The notes under the pieces: model-generated
What the model was told of the DNA's origin: nothing
Databases searched by the model: none
What the model saw: the letters and a program-made list of their open reading frames with translations, nothing else
NCBI GenBank assembly: GCA_964629685.1
Contig: CAZVTT010000005.1
Span: 1-63,265, forward strand
Source of the DNA: an uncultured Gammaproteobacteria bacterium
GTDB taxonomy: Bacteria > Patescibacteriota > Microgenomatia > UBA10105 > UBA927
Direction of reading: 5' to 3'
Length of the DNA: 63,265 nt
Made by a program: the position numbers and the translations under genes
Part shown: positions 28,911-38,140 of the stretch, one piece after another
Layout: the number at the start of each line of letters is the position of its first letter
How positions within the stretch are numbered: the first letter of the stretch is position 1

Positions 28911-29339
28911 ATGGCAGCAAAAAAAGTCAAAACCATTATTAAATTGAATTTACCTGCAGCGGAAGCAACACCAGCTCCTCCAGTCGGACCGGCTCTGGGA
29001 CAACATGGATTACCTATTATGGAATTCATAAAAGCCTACAACGAGCGGACCAGCAAACTGAAAGGACAAATTATTCCGGCAGTTATTACGGTATTTGAAG
29101 ACCGTACGTTTACATTCGTTACCAAACTTCCTCCGGTAGCCGCAATGATCAAAAAAGCGTTAAACCTGGAAAAAGGCGGCGGAAAAGCCGGACGGGAATC
29201 TGCCGGTAAGTTAACCAAAGCGCAAACAGAACAAATCGCAAAAGACAAATTAGCGGATCTTAATACAGACTCAGTCGAACAGGCTATGAAAGTAGTAGCC
29301 GGTACCGCCCGTTCGATGGGCATTCAGGTGGAGGGCTAA
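28911..29339 (+). CDS. rplK: 50S ribosomal protein uL11
   Basis: ATPAPPVGPALGQHG, GTARSMGI. Confidence 0.98.
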   Translation: MAAKKVKTIIKLNLPAAEATPAPPVGPALGQHGLPIMEFIKAYNERTSKLKGQIIPAVITVFEDRTFTFVTKLPPVAAMIKKALNLEKGGGKAGRESAGKLTKAQTEQIAKDKLADLNTDSVEQAMKVVAGTARSMGIQVEG

Positions 29340-29342
29340 CCT

Positions 29343-30164
29343 ATGGGAAAAATTCGTGTTGCAGCATTAGGTGACGAAAAACAGGAAAAAGCACAGAAGA
29401 AAAAAGCGGAAGTTCGCCGTGAGGCTAAGAAAGCCAAAAAAGAAAAAGCAGAAACTCCGGAAACGGATGTACTGAGTGCCGTGCCGGAAACCGCAGAAGC
29501 CGAAGCCAAAACCGAAGGAAAAGAGAAAAAAGGCAAAGGCGAAGACGGCGAAGTGAAACCCAAGACCAGATCCCCCAAGTATCTGAAAGCCGTTAAAATG
29601 GTCGAAAAAGACACGCTATACACTTTGGCTGACGCAGTAGAACTTCTGAAAAAAACCAGTTTCAGCAAATTCGACGGCACAGTAGAGTTGCACATGAATC
29701 TGAATAAAGCCATTCTGGGAGACAAAGCCGATTACCGGAACAGCGTAACCCTACCCCATGGCACCGGAAAAGAGGTAAAAGTAGTGGTAGCTGACGAAGA
29801 TACCATTAAAGATATCGAAGCCGGTAAATTTACATTTGATATTCTGGTAGCTCATCCCAGCATGATGCCGAAGTTAGCAAAAGTCGCCCGTATACTCGGA
29901 CCCAAGGGATTAATGCCGAACCCGAAGAACGGTACGGTAACGGACGATCCGGAAAAACGGGCGAAAGAATTATCCGGCGGGAAAGTAAACTTTAAATCAG
30001 AACCCGGGAACCCTATCGTACATTTGAGTATCGGAAAAGTATCCTTTGACGACAAAAAACTTACGGAGAATATTAAAGCCGTATTTGAAGTTGTCGGTTT
30101 ATCCAAAATCGTCAAAGCCACTATTTCGGCCACCATGGGACCGGGAATTAAACTGAAAGTTTAA
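29343..30164 (+). CDS. rplA: 50S ribosomal protein uL1 with long N-terminal extension
   Basis: SKFDGTVELH, LPHGTGK, LGPKGLMPNPKNGTV, TMGPGIK. Confidence 0.97.
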   Translation: MGKIRVAALGDEKQEKAQKKKAEVRREAKKAKKEKAETPETDVLSAVPETAEAEAKTEGKEKKGKGEDGEVKPKTRSPKYLKAVKMVEKDTLYTLADAVELLKKTSFSKFDGTVELHMNLNKAILGDKADYRNSVTLPHGTGKEVKVVVADEDTIKDIEAGKFTFDILVAHPSMMPKLAKVARILGPKGLMPNPKNGTVTDDPEKRAKELSGGKVNFKSEPGNPIVHLSIGKVSFDDKKLTENIKAVFEVVGLSKIVKATISATMGPGIKLKV

Positions 30165-31114
30165 TCCTTCTTACACCAGCGCAGTTGCACATACGGTGCA
30201 TTCGTACCGGCAACAGTGCCGGAATTGGCGATAGTTATTCCGGTAGTATTTGACGCAGTATTACCACTCATACCTCCCGTTGCTGCTCCCAAAGAATCTG
30301 AAGAAACTGATCCGGAATTTCCCCCAGTTACATTCCAACCATGCATATGTTTTAAAGTTCCCGGACCGTGTAAATGGCCAGGATCGGTAACGCTGTGGGT
30401 ATGTTGACCTACTGCCCTGTTTTCCAAATTCGTTAATGCCGTTCCGACAGTTCCCGAAAGAGTGCCGCCTGATGGAAGACCCACAATGTATCGTCCTTGT
30501 GCAGCAGTATACTCTGTCCAACCGGTAGGACAAGCCGCATCAAAGGGAGCAATCATTCCCGAAGGAATGCCGCCGGCTCCGGTTTGCCAGGATGCTTCCC
30601 CGGCAGCATCGGAGGTAAGTACTTTTCCCGATCCCGGATTACCGCCGGTAATTTTTACTTTGCCTTCCACGATCACGTTCCCGTTTCCGCTAGGTGAAGT
30701 TGCCACACATGGATCCGACGTACAGACGAATAGATTATTTGACAGCACTTTTACCGGCAAAGCGGATGCGTACGTATCGAATCCCAACGACTGTAGATAG
30801 GCTTCTGCCACGTCTCCCTGTTTCATGGTTGCGGTACTATTCATAACGATTGATCCGCCTGCCATCTGAATGGAATATCCCACCGGCCAGTAAATCGTCT
30901 GACCGGCATTTACGGTAAGCGTAACACCGGCAGGAACTATAAGATTTCCCGTCCGAATACCATGAATTCCGAACTGGTTACTGTCAAATGTACAGCTTTG
31001 CGGGAGTGTATAGTTCCCGCTCGCGGGCGGGTCACACGGGACAGCATAAGCCGGAGCTAGACCGAACGCACAAAAAAGTAATCCCAATAAAAATATTTTC
31101 CAGTAATTCTTCAT
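30161..31114 (-). CDS. secreted adhesin-like protein, phage tail-collar-like C-terminus (cassette 1)
   Basis: Signal peptide, SD GAGGAGG, GKVLTSDAAGEASWQ, IPSGMIAPF..CPTGW collar-like motif. Confidence 0.75.
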   Translation of the reverse strand: MKNYWKIFLLGLLFCAFGLAPAYAVPCDPPASGNYTLPQSCTFDSNQFGIHGIRTGNLIVPAGVTLTVNAGQTIYWPVGYSIQMAGGSIVMNSTATMKQGDVAEAYLQSLGFDTYASALPVKVLSNNLFVCTSDPCVATSPSGNGNVIVEGKVKITGGNPGSGKVLTSDAAGEASWQTGAGGIPSGMIAPFDAACPTGWTEYTAAQGRYIVGLPSGGTLSGTVGTALTNLENRAVGQHTHSVTDPGHLHGPGTLKHMHGWNVTGGNSGSVSSDSLGAATGGMSGNTASNTTGITIANSGTVAGTNAPYVQLRWCKKD

Positions 31115-31125
31115 ATGTCCTCCTC

Positions 31126-31770
31126 TTACCGTACGGTAATTTCTATCGTCGCCTTTCCGTTGGTGTCAGCTGCCTGCACCACTGCCGTATAAATTTTGTT
31201 ATGCGTATCGTTTACTTTCCAGGTGGCATTCCAGATATCTTGTCCGTCGCTTTGTCCGGTTCGCGTGAGGACATAATTTGATACCTGCGTGTCCGTTTTG
31301 AGAACCACTGAAACGGATGAAACCGGTACATTCCGGGCTGGCCCGACGAAAACAGTAAACGATTGTTCGGTTCCCGCTTTCGGATCCAATTCCGAGATAT
31401 CCACTTGCGAGATTTTCGGTCCAACGGTATTTCCCGAACGCACGAAGAAGGTTTGTTTTCCGTGTGCAATAGGCGCGATAGTCGGCGTCGGTGTCGCGGA
31501 TAATTCCGTAATAAACGTATGTACCAGTTCTTTTTCCGGATCGGTAACCGCCGTCAGATCCCGTCCGGTAATTTGGGGATTTTTTGTATTTTCCGGAATG
31601 AATCCCGTCCGTGCCAGGAATAGCCCGACAACAGGCGCCGACAAAACCAGAACGATAACCATAACAATCCTGCGTTTCTTGCTATACCAGAATCTCGCAA
31701 AGCGGTGTCGTTTGTTTATTGACTCATGTGATTCGGAAACGGAAGAATCCGGTGCAGATATATCACCCAT
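31126..31770 (-). CDS. single-TM protein with C-terminal Ig-like domain (cassette 1 adaptor)
   Basis: Start 31770 has TATAGT 7 nt upstream; clear paralog of 46985..47539. Confidence 0.75.
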   Translation of the reverse strand: MGDISAPDSSVSESHESINKRHRFARFWYSKKRRIVMVIVLVLSAPVVGLFLARTGFIPENTKNPQITGRDLTAVTDPEKELVHTFITELSATPTPTIAPIAHGKQTFFVRSGNTVGPKISQVDISELDPKAGTEQSFTVFVGPARNVPVSSVSVVLKTDTQVSNYVLTRTGQSDGQDIWNATWKVNDTHNKIYTAVVQAADTNGKATIEITVR

Positions 31771-31849
31771 ACTACCAACTATATCTATATAAAGTGAGAA
31801 TTCTGTGTCTGTACGTACACAACAATTGTAAGTAACCTCGCCTAGATAT

Positions 31850-33262
31850 CTAAGATTGTACGGGCAGTCTGGTTTTGGATAAATACCTTCCCTGGGGAGA
31901 AAAAATAATCCGCCAGCCTTCACCCTTATTCAGGTAATCCGTTTGCAGTAGCTCCGGAAAATCCTCATACGATAACCGTCGTTGGGGTTCTTCCAATTTA
32001 GCTATATACGTACGGATAGGATCCCCATGTCCTACTACCACAATATGCGCGGAACCGTTTGCCTCGCGTTGCATACGAATAACCTCAACCGCCGATCCCC
32101 ACCGTTGTTGTACCTGTACCAGAGACTCGACACCTGCTTCCAGCAACTCAGGCGTATAGACGTTTCCGCCTGTTTCATCCTGAAATTCCGCCATGGTAGT
32201 CCACCGTGACGTTACCGGTTCAGCCCGTGTATCACGCAGAGCAGCATCGTAGTGGATTTGTGTGGCACTACTTGCCCCGCGCTCGGCTAAACCCTTAAGT
32301 ACCGTTTCCGCGGATAACCGGGCACGATAAATATCCGAAGCGTGTATTGCATTAACACTAATGCGATTCTTAGCAATTATCTCCGCAAGGGCATCCATTT
32401 GAGCAAACCCTTTTTCCGTTAATCCCACCCGGTGTGTATTGAATTCATCCCAGTTATATACCAATCCGTTGTGATCAGTGTCCCCGTGACGGATAAGATA
32501 AAGAATAACCGGAATTTTTTGCTGTGTTTTCGCCTGAATATCTCTGTAAAAGATCCCTAAGGATTCGATCCACTCATAGGACTGTGCAACAATGTGGAGA
32601 GACACGACTTCTCCGGCTTTCATTCTTTCAGTGCCCCACCGTTCCGAAGGCCAAAGAATAGTATCCATTTTAGGATACCTCATCGCCTGCTCATCCAGAT
32701 ACCGATAGAACACCGGCAACGTAAACTGATCGCCTTGAGGATTACGTTTCGCCAAATTATCTATCACTATTGCTGCCCGATCCTGAGCTGATAACGCGTC
32801 AAACTGAATTGTCCCACGCAGAATGGGTTCGATGTTTACCGGGTCGTTCCAATATTGTTCATCAAAGCCCAATTTACGGAGCAGTAACCGCCGCATGGTG
32901 TCGTTGCGATAATATCTGTTAGGGATAGCCAGACGTCCCCAATCATGGTTAATCATATCGATGGTAAACTTCGGAACATCTATGTTTTGTCCATAGGCTA
33001 AAAGCGCATCTCCTAACAGTTCTGCCTGAAAACCAGCTTCATAGGTATGCTCCCACCAACTGGGTAATAGACGTGGATTGGCATACGGCGCCAGTGTTTC
33101 TAATACCTGAAACATGACTGCGATATCTTCGCGCTGTGGCAATTCTGCAGTAGATAAACGAGAAGCTTCAACCAGTGGCTTTCCCACTTCCACCATTTGC
33201 CGCATATATTTGGCTGTTTGTTCACCTTCGGCTAACTGAAGCGCAGTTAACAACTCGCCCAT
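31850..33262 (-). CDS. HD-domain / histidine phosphatase fusion
   Basis: EHT...NHDWGR (HD); LIRHGDTDHN and VVGHGDPIR (His phosphatase). Confidence 0.8.
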   Translation of the reverse strand: MGELLTALQLAEGEQTAKYMRQMVEVGKPLVEASRLSTAELPQREDIAVMFQVLETLAPYANPRLLPSWWEHTYEAGFQAELLGDALLAYGQNIDVPKFTIDMINHDWGRLAIPNRYYRNDTMRRLLLRKLGFDEQYWNDPVNIEPILRGTIQFDALSAQDRAAIVIDNLAKRNPQGDQFTLPVFYRYLDEQAMRYPKMDTILWPSERWGTERMKAGEVVSLHIVAQSYEWIESLGIFYRDIQAKTQQKIPVILYLIRHGDTDHNGLVYNWDEFNTHRVGLTEKGFAQMDALAEIIAKNRISVNAIHASDIYRARLSAETVLKGLAERGASSATQIHYDAALRDTRAEPVTSRWTTMAEFQDETGGNVYTPELLEAGVESLVQVQQRWGSAVEVIRMQREANGSAHIVVVGHGDPIRTYIAKLEEPQRRLSYEDFPELLQTDYLNKGEGWRIIFSPQGRYLSKTRLPVQS

Positions 33263-33351
33263 GATACGGTAGTATAGTACTTTAGCCTGTTACTCTCCAA
33301 CAAGATACTATAGGAAGTACCTACCATCTTTTGGGGCTCTAGAACGCCTTA

Positions 33352-33371
33352 CGCAAGGCCTCCCCTTGCGC
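33352..33371. repeat. REP-like palindromic 20-mer, copy 2
   Basis: Identical to 4099-4118; lies 4 nt after the hexokinase stop. Confidence 0.75.
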
Positions 33372-33375
33372 GAGC

Positions 33376-34524
33376 TTATAGTACGAGGTGGATGGCGCCC
33401 GCCAGGTCGCAATCGGGAACACGAACGATGGAAATGGCATAATTACCGGTTAGCTGATAGCTGCCAGTTTGTGGTTGGTTGTTACTGGTTGATGCTCTCG
33501 CTTCCGGAGACTGCAGCAGACGTATCCATTTGCTGACGAGGTGTTGATAGCGCCAGGCGTTCCAGTATACTCCGCCTTCCATAACCACAGTTATATTCCG
33601 TGCATACCAGTTTGCTATTCCGACGAGTTGGCAGGCAACCAGCGCCGCTGAACGTTCTAGAACTGCTTTGGCAATAGTGCTGCCGGGATGATTATCATCG
33701 TAGGCAATCGCCGAGACATCGGCACCACTTATGGCATCCGGAACGGACACACCCTGTTCCCCCGCATATACAGCATAAAGCTGAGACAAATATAACCCAC
33801 TGACTTCTTTTTCGTACACCGCTTTTCCCGGAACTTTGGACAGCTTGTCAACAATCTTCGCCGCATGACTCATGGAAAAATTTGAAAATAATCCGGATTC
33901 CGTATTTACTGCCGTATGTTCATCTTCAAAAACGGCAATATTGAGACCGGTTCCTACAATGCCAGCCACCAACTCGTTGCGCGAAAATTGGGATAACCCT
34001 GACAACAAAAGACAGATGGCGTCATTTGCCACGGACACCCGAATAGTCCGTCCATATTTCTGCCGCATATACGCTTCTAGCGTACCGGCCACCGGCTTTC
34101 CCAAAAGATCCGTAAGCCCATGTTCTTTTCCGCCACTCAGCAATATTCCCTCCAATTTGCCGTGAATAAACTCCGGTTTCATGGCAAACGCAAAATTGAT
34201 GGCCACCGTGCTGACTCCTGCAGGAATTCGCGCAGCAATAAACTGCATAAGTATTTCCGTATTCAGCAGTGTAGGGATACTCCCTTTTTCTTCCGATTCG
34301 ATATGGGGAAAACCATTTCTATTTACGACTACGGCTGCACGAAAAAGACTCCCCCCTATTACCAACGCGAGAAATGATTCACCGGGGTGAACCAGCGGCT
34401 GATCCGGCAAATGGTGACGGATATATGCGAGTGAGGTTGGTTTTCCCGCTTTTGCCGTTTCCAACTCTTGACGGAAGTCTGCGGCAATGTGCCGATACGC
34501 CCGTATATCAGAATTCTGATCCAT
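33376..34524 (-). CDS. eukaryote-type hexokinase-family protein
   Basis: IGGSLFR, FAF, ANDA, GIVGTGLN, NTESG, EGGVY. Confidence 0.8.
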   Translation of the reverse strand: MDQNSDIRAYRHIAADFRQELETAKAGKPTSLAYIRHHLPDQPLVHPGESFLALVIGGSLFRAAVVVNRNGFPHIESEEKGSIPTLLNTEILMQFIAARIPAGVSTVAINFAFAMKPEFIHGKLEGILLSGGKEHGLTDLLGKPVAGTLEAYMRQKYGRTIRVSVANDAICLLLSGLSQFSRNELVAGIVGTGLNIAVFEDEHTAVNTESGLFSNFSMSHAAKIVDKLSKVPGKAVYEKEVSGLYLSQLYAVYAGEQGVSVPDAISGADVSAIAYDDNHPGSTIAKAVLERSAALVACQLVGIANWYARNITVVMEGGVYWNAWRYQHLVSKWIRLLQSPEARASTSNNQPQTGSYQLTGNYAISIVRVPDCDLAGAIHLVL

Positions 34525-34544
34525 ATGTAGTATTCCGTATTGTA

Positions 34545-35318
34545 TCAGGACTGACGGAGTAATAATGAAGCTGCACCATAGTCTATGGCATATACCGTCT
34601 GCGGATTGTACCGCAGCAGGGACGCCGGAGATTCCGGATCTATTGGTCCCACAATGCTACGTTGCACACCCCAGGCTTTTGATTCACTCATCGCCAATAC
34701 CAAAATAGTATCCGCTTCCAGAATATTTGCCATCCCGATGGTAATCCCGGTGGTCGGCACTGCCGATTTGGGAAGGTTTAGTTTTTTCATCATCGCCTGT
34801 ATGGATTCTTCATCGAGCGTAATACTGCGGATTCGGGAATCTACCGGTGAACCCGGGCCATTCATCCCGATGTGACAGGTTTGACCCGGACCCATACCCA
34901 CAATAGCCAAATCGAGTTTTCCCTGTTCTTCTACAACGGCTGAAAATCCGGTAATTTCTTTTTCTATATCCGGCGCTGACCCATCCGGAAGGATGAGCTG
35001 TTCCCGCTTTACGCCTATCTGACTAAAAAAACTTTCCCACATCCGTTTTGCCGTACTGATCGGATCATTTGAATCAATCTTCCAATATTCATCAAGCCCG
35101 ATAAACGTCACATGCTCAAACGAAACCAGCCCGGATTTATACGCAGAGATAAGTTGGGCGATCAGCCCTTTGGTGGAATTCCCCGCGGCGACCATCAGCT
35201 TTGCATCCGGCCTCTCATGTACCAGATCGATCACCAGTTGAGCAGCGAACGCATCTACCTCCCGCTCGTGCGGAAAAATGTGAATGGTAGGATTGTTTTG
35301 CTCCGGGTAACTATTCAT
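34545..35318 (-). CDS. nagB: glucosamine-6-phosphate deaminase-like
   Basis: AAGNST, GLDEY, HIGMNGPGS, ITIGMANILEA, PASLL. Confidence 0.85.
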   Translation of the reverse strand: MNSYPEQNNPTIHIFPHEREVDAFAAQLVIDLVHERPDAKLMVAAGNSTKGLIAQLISAYKSGLVSFEHVTFIGLDEYWKIDSNDPISTAKRMWESFFSQIGVKREQLILPDGSAPDIEKEITGFSAVVEEQGKLDLAIVGMGPGQTCHIGMNGPGSPVDSRIRSITLDEESIQAMMKKLNLPKSAVPTTGITIGMANILEADTILVLAMSESKAWGVQRSIVGPIDPESPASLLRYNPQTVYAIDYGAASLLLRQS

Positions 35319-35454
35319 ACGATTCCCTCCCTAATAAACTGGCAGCTGCCTGATTACATGCAAACGCTACACTAAAATTATACCGGAGGAGCACTGCCGG
35401 AGCACTACGCTCCTCCGCGCTTTCCGACTTAACGATACTTCTTACCTTACTCCG

Positions 35455-37926
35455 TTAATTGGTTTCTTTCTTTTTATCCGCTTTCAGCGTGGGTTTATAA
35501 TCCGGCTGAGTCGGAACTTCCAGATACATATATGGTATTCCGGTCGAATCAGTGGGATCTACTATCCCCACATACCGATGTACCCGTTTACCGTCACGGA
35601 CCGTCCACTGCGCTAATATACCAATGGCCCGATCGACGTCGTACCACGGACGACCTGCTTCCGGACTACCGGGACTGGAAACACGCGTGTATCTGACAAT
35701 TTCTTCTCCATGACCCATAAATGCCTTGGTCCGGGGATCGGCAGAATGAACCACCAGTTTATTCTCTTTATCGGTAATCGTCACCGAAATCGCTTTGGGT
35801 TCCCGGCGTTTAATGGCGTCTGTCCCATCCGGTAACTTCATGGTTCGGGCATCCATAAGGGCTTTGGAATAGATATTGGCATGTAGCCCCCGTTCACGGA
35901 CTGTAGCCAATATTTCTGCCTGACGATCCGTCAGGACGACATCTTCCAGCTCAACGTTCGGCATAATACCGTTGTACACTGCCAATAAGTCATCTATCGT
36001 CATATCGGGGTAATTCCTAAGCGGATTTACCAACCGCATCATGGAAACTTCCCGGTCAAGGATAGTCCGCACATCTCCACGAGCAGTTTTATCCAACCGA
36101 TCTCCCATCTGCTCTACATAGCTGTCCCAATCCAATCCGGTGGCTGCATAGGCATCCCAGTTGGCGCGAATCCGTTTGTAATTGGCTTCAACGAACTCCC
36201 ATACGGGTGCCCCGCCTTCTTCCGCCATCCGTTGCAGACTATCTCGGGAAATGACGTTTGAAAGTCCCATCCGGTCAATCATGGCGTCCATTTCCAACGC
36301 AAATCCTTCCACTTCATGATCCGGAAGATCCCACACATCTTTAAACGCTTCCGCTTCGTTAATAATGATCCACTGCATGGCTGGCTGACCATCTGCAGGT
36401 TGATAGAACAGTTTAGCCGTTTCAGCTACCTGTCCCATCTTGTACATCATGGCCCAATCCTGATGACCAGGCATCCGACGCAATCCTTCAAGCGGATTTC
36501 CCATACGGGCTATCGTGTAATACATATCCAGTTTTACCGGCTCGCCTGCTTCCACTGCTTTCCGGATTTTACCGACGATATCTGCCCGTACCTCGTCCGA
36601 AATTGCCACGTGTGCACCATGATTACTAACCTGACTACTTTCCAACATGGCCATTATATTTTCGGAAATAATGTCGGGAGTATTTCCTTCCTGAAAATCA
36701 TCTTTTTTCATAAGCAAAGGCACAACCGGAAGTTCCTGCCACCAGGTAAACGGTCTGCCTTCCATGTTTGACATGGTGGGATCTGCCAAATGACCATCAA
36801 CAAGCTGAATATTGTCATAAAATAAACCTGTGAGTAACGGCTCCGCGTCTTTCGAAAGTTCACCGCTACGCACCCGGGCGTCATGCGCTTCCGCCATTTG
36901 TCCTTCAATTGCATTCTCGTGTATTGCCAATGCAGTCTGATACCGCTTTACCGTAAATACCGCCCGACCCCGCTCGATGAGTTCGCGGTTGGCCAATTCC
37001 GTGGCAGCTGCAAACCGTTCTGCAGCCTCACCAAATTGCGGCGATACTTTATTCCGTGCCTGCGCACGTTGTTCATCGGTTAAAATTTGATCTATTCCAA
37101 TTTCATCTACCGCACGGATGTGCGATGTTGCCAGAGCCGCTTTGGTAACTCCTTCAGAAATAAGCAGATGATATTCGCCCACTGTCCGCAGCATTTGTTC
37201 CCGTTTCAGGCGGATCGCTTCGAGCGCCTGATGTTCACTTACCAGCTGCGTTAATCGTCCCTTGTCTCCACACGCAAGTACCCGCAGAGAGAACGCTACA
37301 TCCGGCTCCATTTGGGTTAGTATGGTATCGACAGTACGGACATTGGCAGCAGCCTGATCTTTTCCTGCCAGAATTAATTCAGCCTTCTTCTTTTCTGCGG
37401 CGGCAAATTTGCCCGCCTGTTGCATAACCAATCCGTTTTCGCCGAAAAGATGATCACGCATGGTTTCTACCAGTTCTTCATTATCTTCGCCGGTCGGATT
37501 TACTGCCCGATGCATTTCGCGTCGGATGTTATAAGGAAGCCACTCACTGACTGATTTTTCATACGCTTTGCGGTGGCCGTTCCTCTGGTCTACGCCGAAA
37601 TTCCGGTCAAGATCGATGCGTCCGAACGCCTCACTGGGTTCTTCTGCCATAGCCAAGCGCAACAATCCCTGTTCCCGTGCCGTGGGAATGGCCATATCGT
37701 AGACAATCTGCGAAGTAAAATCCCGGTCGAGCAGAGCAACTTCGCCCCTATTTGCGTCGTACCGGGCTAGAACCATAAGGTCCGTGTCCTGACCTGGTAA
37801 TTCCTGAGCCAAAACCCGGGAAAAGAAGTGAACGACTCCCGAGGGTGTCTCTTCATGAAGCGCCGGAATATCATGTTCTGTTATCTGTAATCCGGAAAGA
37901 TCAAGTGCTTCAATTGCTACTGCCAT
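35455..37926 (-). CDS. helical N-terminal region fused to a Dit1/PvcA (isonitrile synthase)-like domain
   Basis: KIRKAVEAGEPV, ARMGNP..L...P, KLFYQP, FKDVWDLPD...MI..MG, PKAISVTI, KLVVH, GHG align in order with P. aeruginosa PvcA motifs; SD AAGGAGG. Confidence 0.7.
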   Translation of the reverse strand: MAVAIEALDLSGLQITEHDIPALHEETPSGVVHFFSRVLAQELPGQDTDLMVLARYDANRGEVALLDRDFTSQIVYDMAIPTAREQGLLRLAMAEEPSEAFGRIDLDRNFGVDQRNGHRKAYEKSVSEWLPYNIRREMHRAVNPTGEDNEELVETMRDHLFGENGLVMQQAGKFAAAEKKKAELILAGKDQAAANVRTVDTILTQMEPDVAFSLRVLACGDKGRLTQLVSEHQALEAIRLKREQMLRTVGEYHLLISEGVTKAALATSHIRAVDEIGIDQILTDEQRAQARNKVSPQFGEAAERFAAATELANRELIERGRAVFTVKRYQTALAIHENAIEGQMAEAHDARVRSGELSKDAEPLLTGLFYDNIQLVDGHLADPTMSNMEGRPFTWWQELPVVPLLMKKDDFQEGNTPDIISENIMAMLESSQVSNHGAHVAISDEVRADIVGKIRKAVEAGEPVKLDMYYTIARMGNPLEGLRRMPGHQDWAMMYKMGQVAETAKLFYQPADGQPAMQWIIINEAEAFKDVWDLPDHEVEGFALEMDAMIDRMGLSNVISRDSLQRMAEEGGAPVWEFVEANYKRIRANWDAYAATGLDWDSYVEQMGDRLDKTARGDVRTILDREVSMMRLVNPLRNYPDMTIDDLLAVYNGIMPNVELEDVVLTDRQAEILATVRERGLHANIYSKALMDARTMKLPDGTDAIKRREPKAISVTITDKENKLVVHSADPRTKAFMGHGEEIVRYTRVSSPGSPEAGRPWYDVDRAIGILAQWTVRDGKRVHRYVGIVDPTDSTGIPYMYLEVPTQPDYKPTLKADKKKETN

Positions 37927-38004
37927 GTGGTTGTCCTCCTTAAAAAATGGATACTACATCGTTTTCAACATCCCGGATTATGCAAGAGGAACAACCGTAC
38001 CGCT

Positions 38005-38063
38005 TGACCGCTATGGGACATTCTTTCTGACATTTTACCCATTTAACTGACATAGTCCTGACA
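38005..38063. promoter_or_regulatory. phased TGACA direct repeats (candidate OmpR-type boxes)
   Basis: TGACC 38005, GGACA 38016, TGACA 38028, 38048 and 38059 (spacings 11, 12, 20, 11). Confidence 0.5.
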
Positions 38064-38140
38064 AAATGGCCTCAGAATAGGCTAAAATCCTTGTTTCTCC
38101 CTCAAAAACACGCTACAATTACCTTGTCAGAGAGAATCAT

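Noticed and set aside
31771-31923. N-terminal extension of the 265-aa ORF in the track
   Set aside because: It overlaps the HD/phosphatase 3' end; a leaderless promoter supports the start at 31770.
31850-37926. One co-transcribed biosynthetic operon: PvcA-like, nagB, hexokinase, HD/phosphatase
   Set aside because: nagB (TATAAT at 35382-77) and the HD gene (TATACT at 33276-71) each have their own promoter, and hairpins separate the genes. A functional link stays possible but is not shown.
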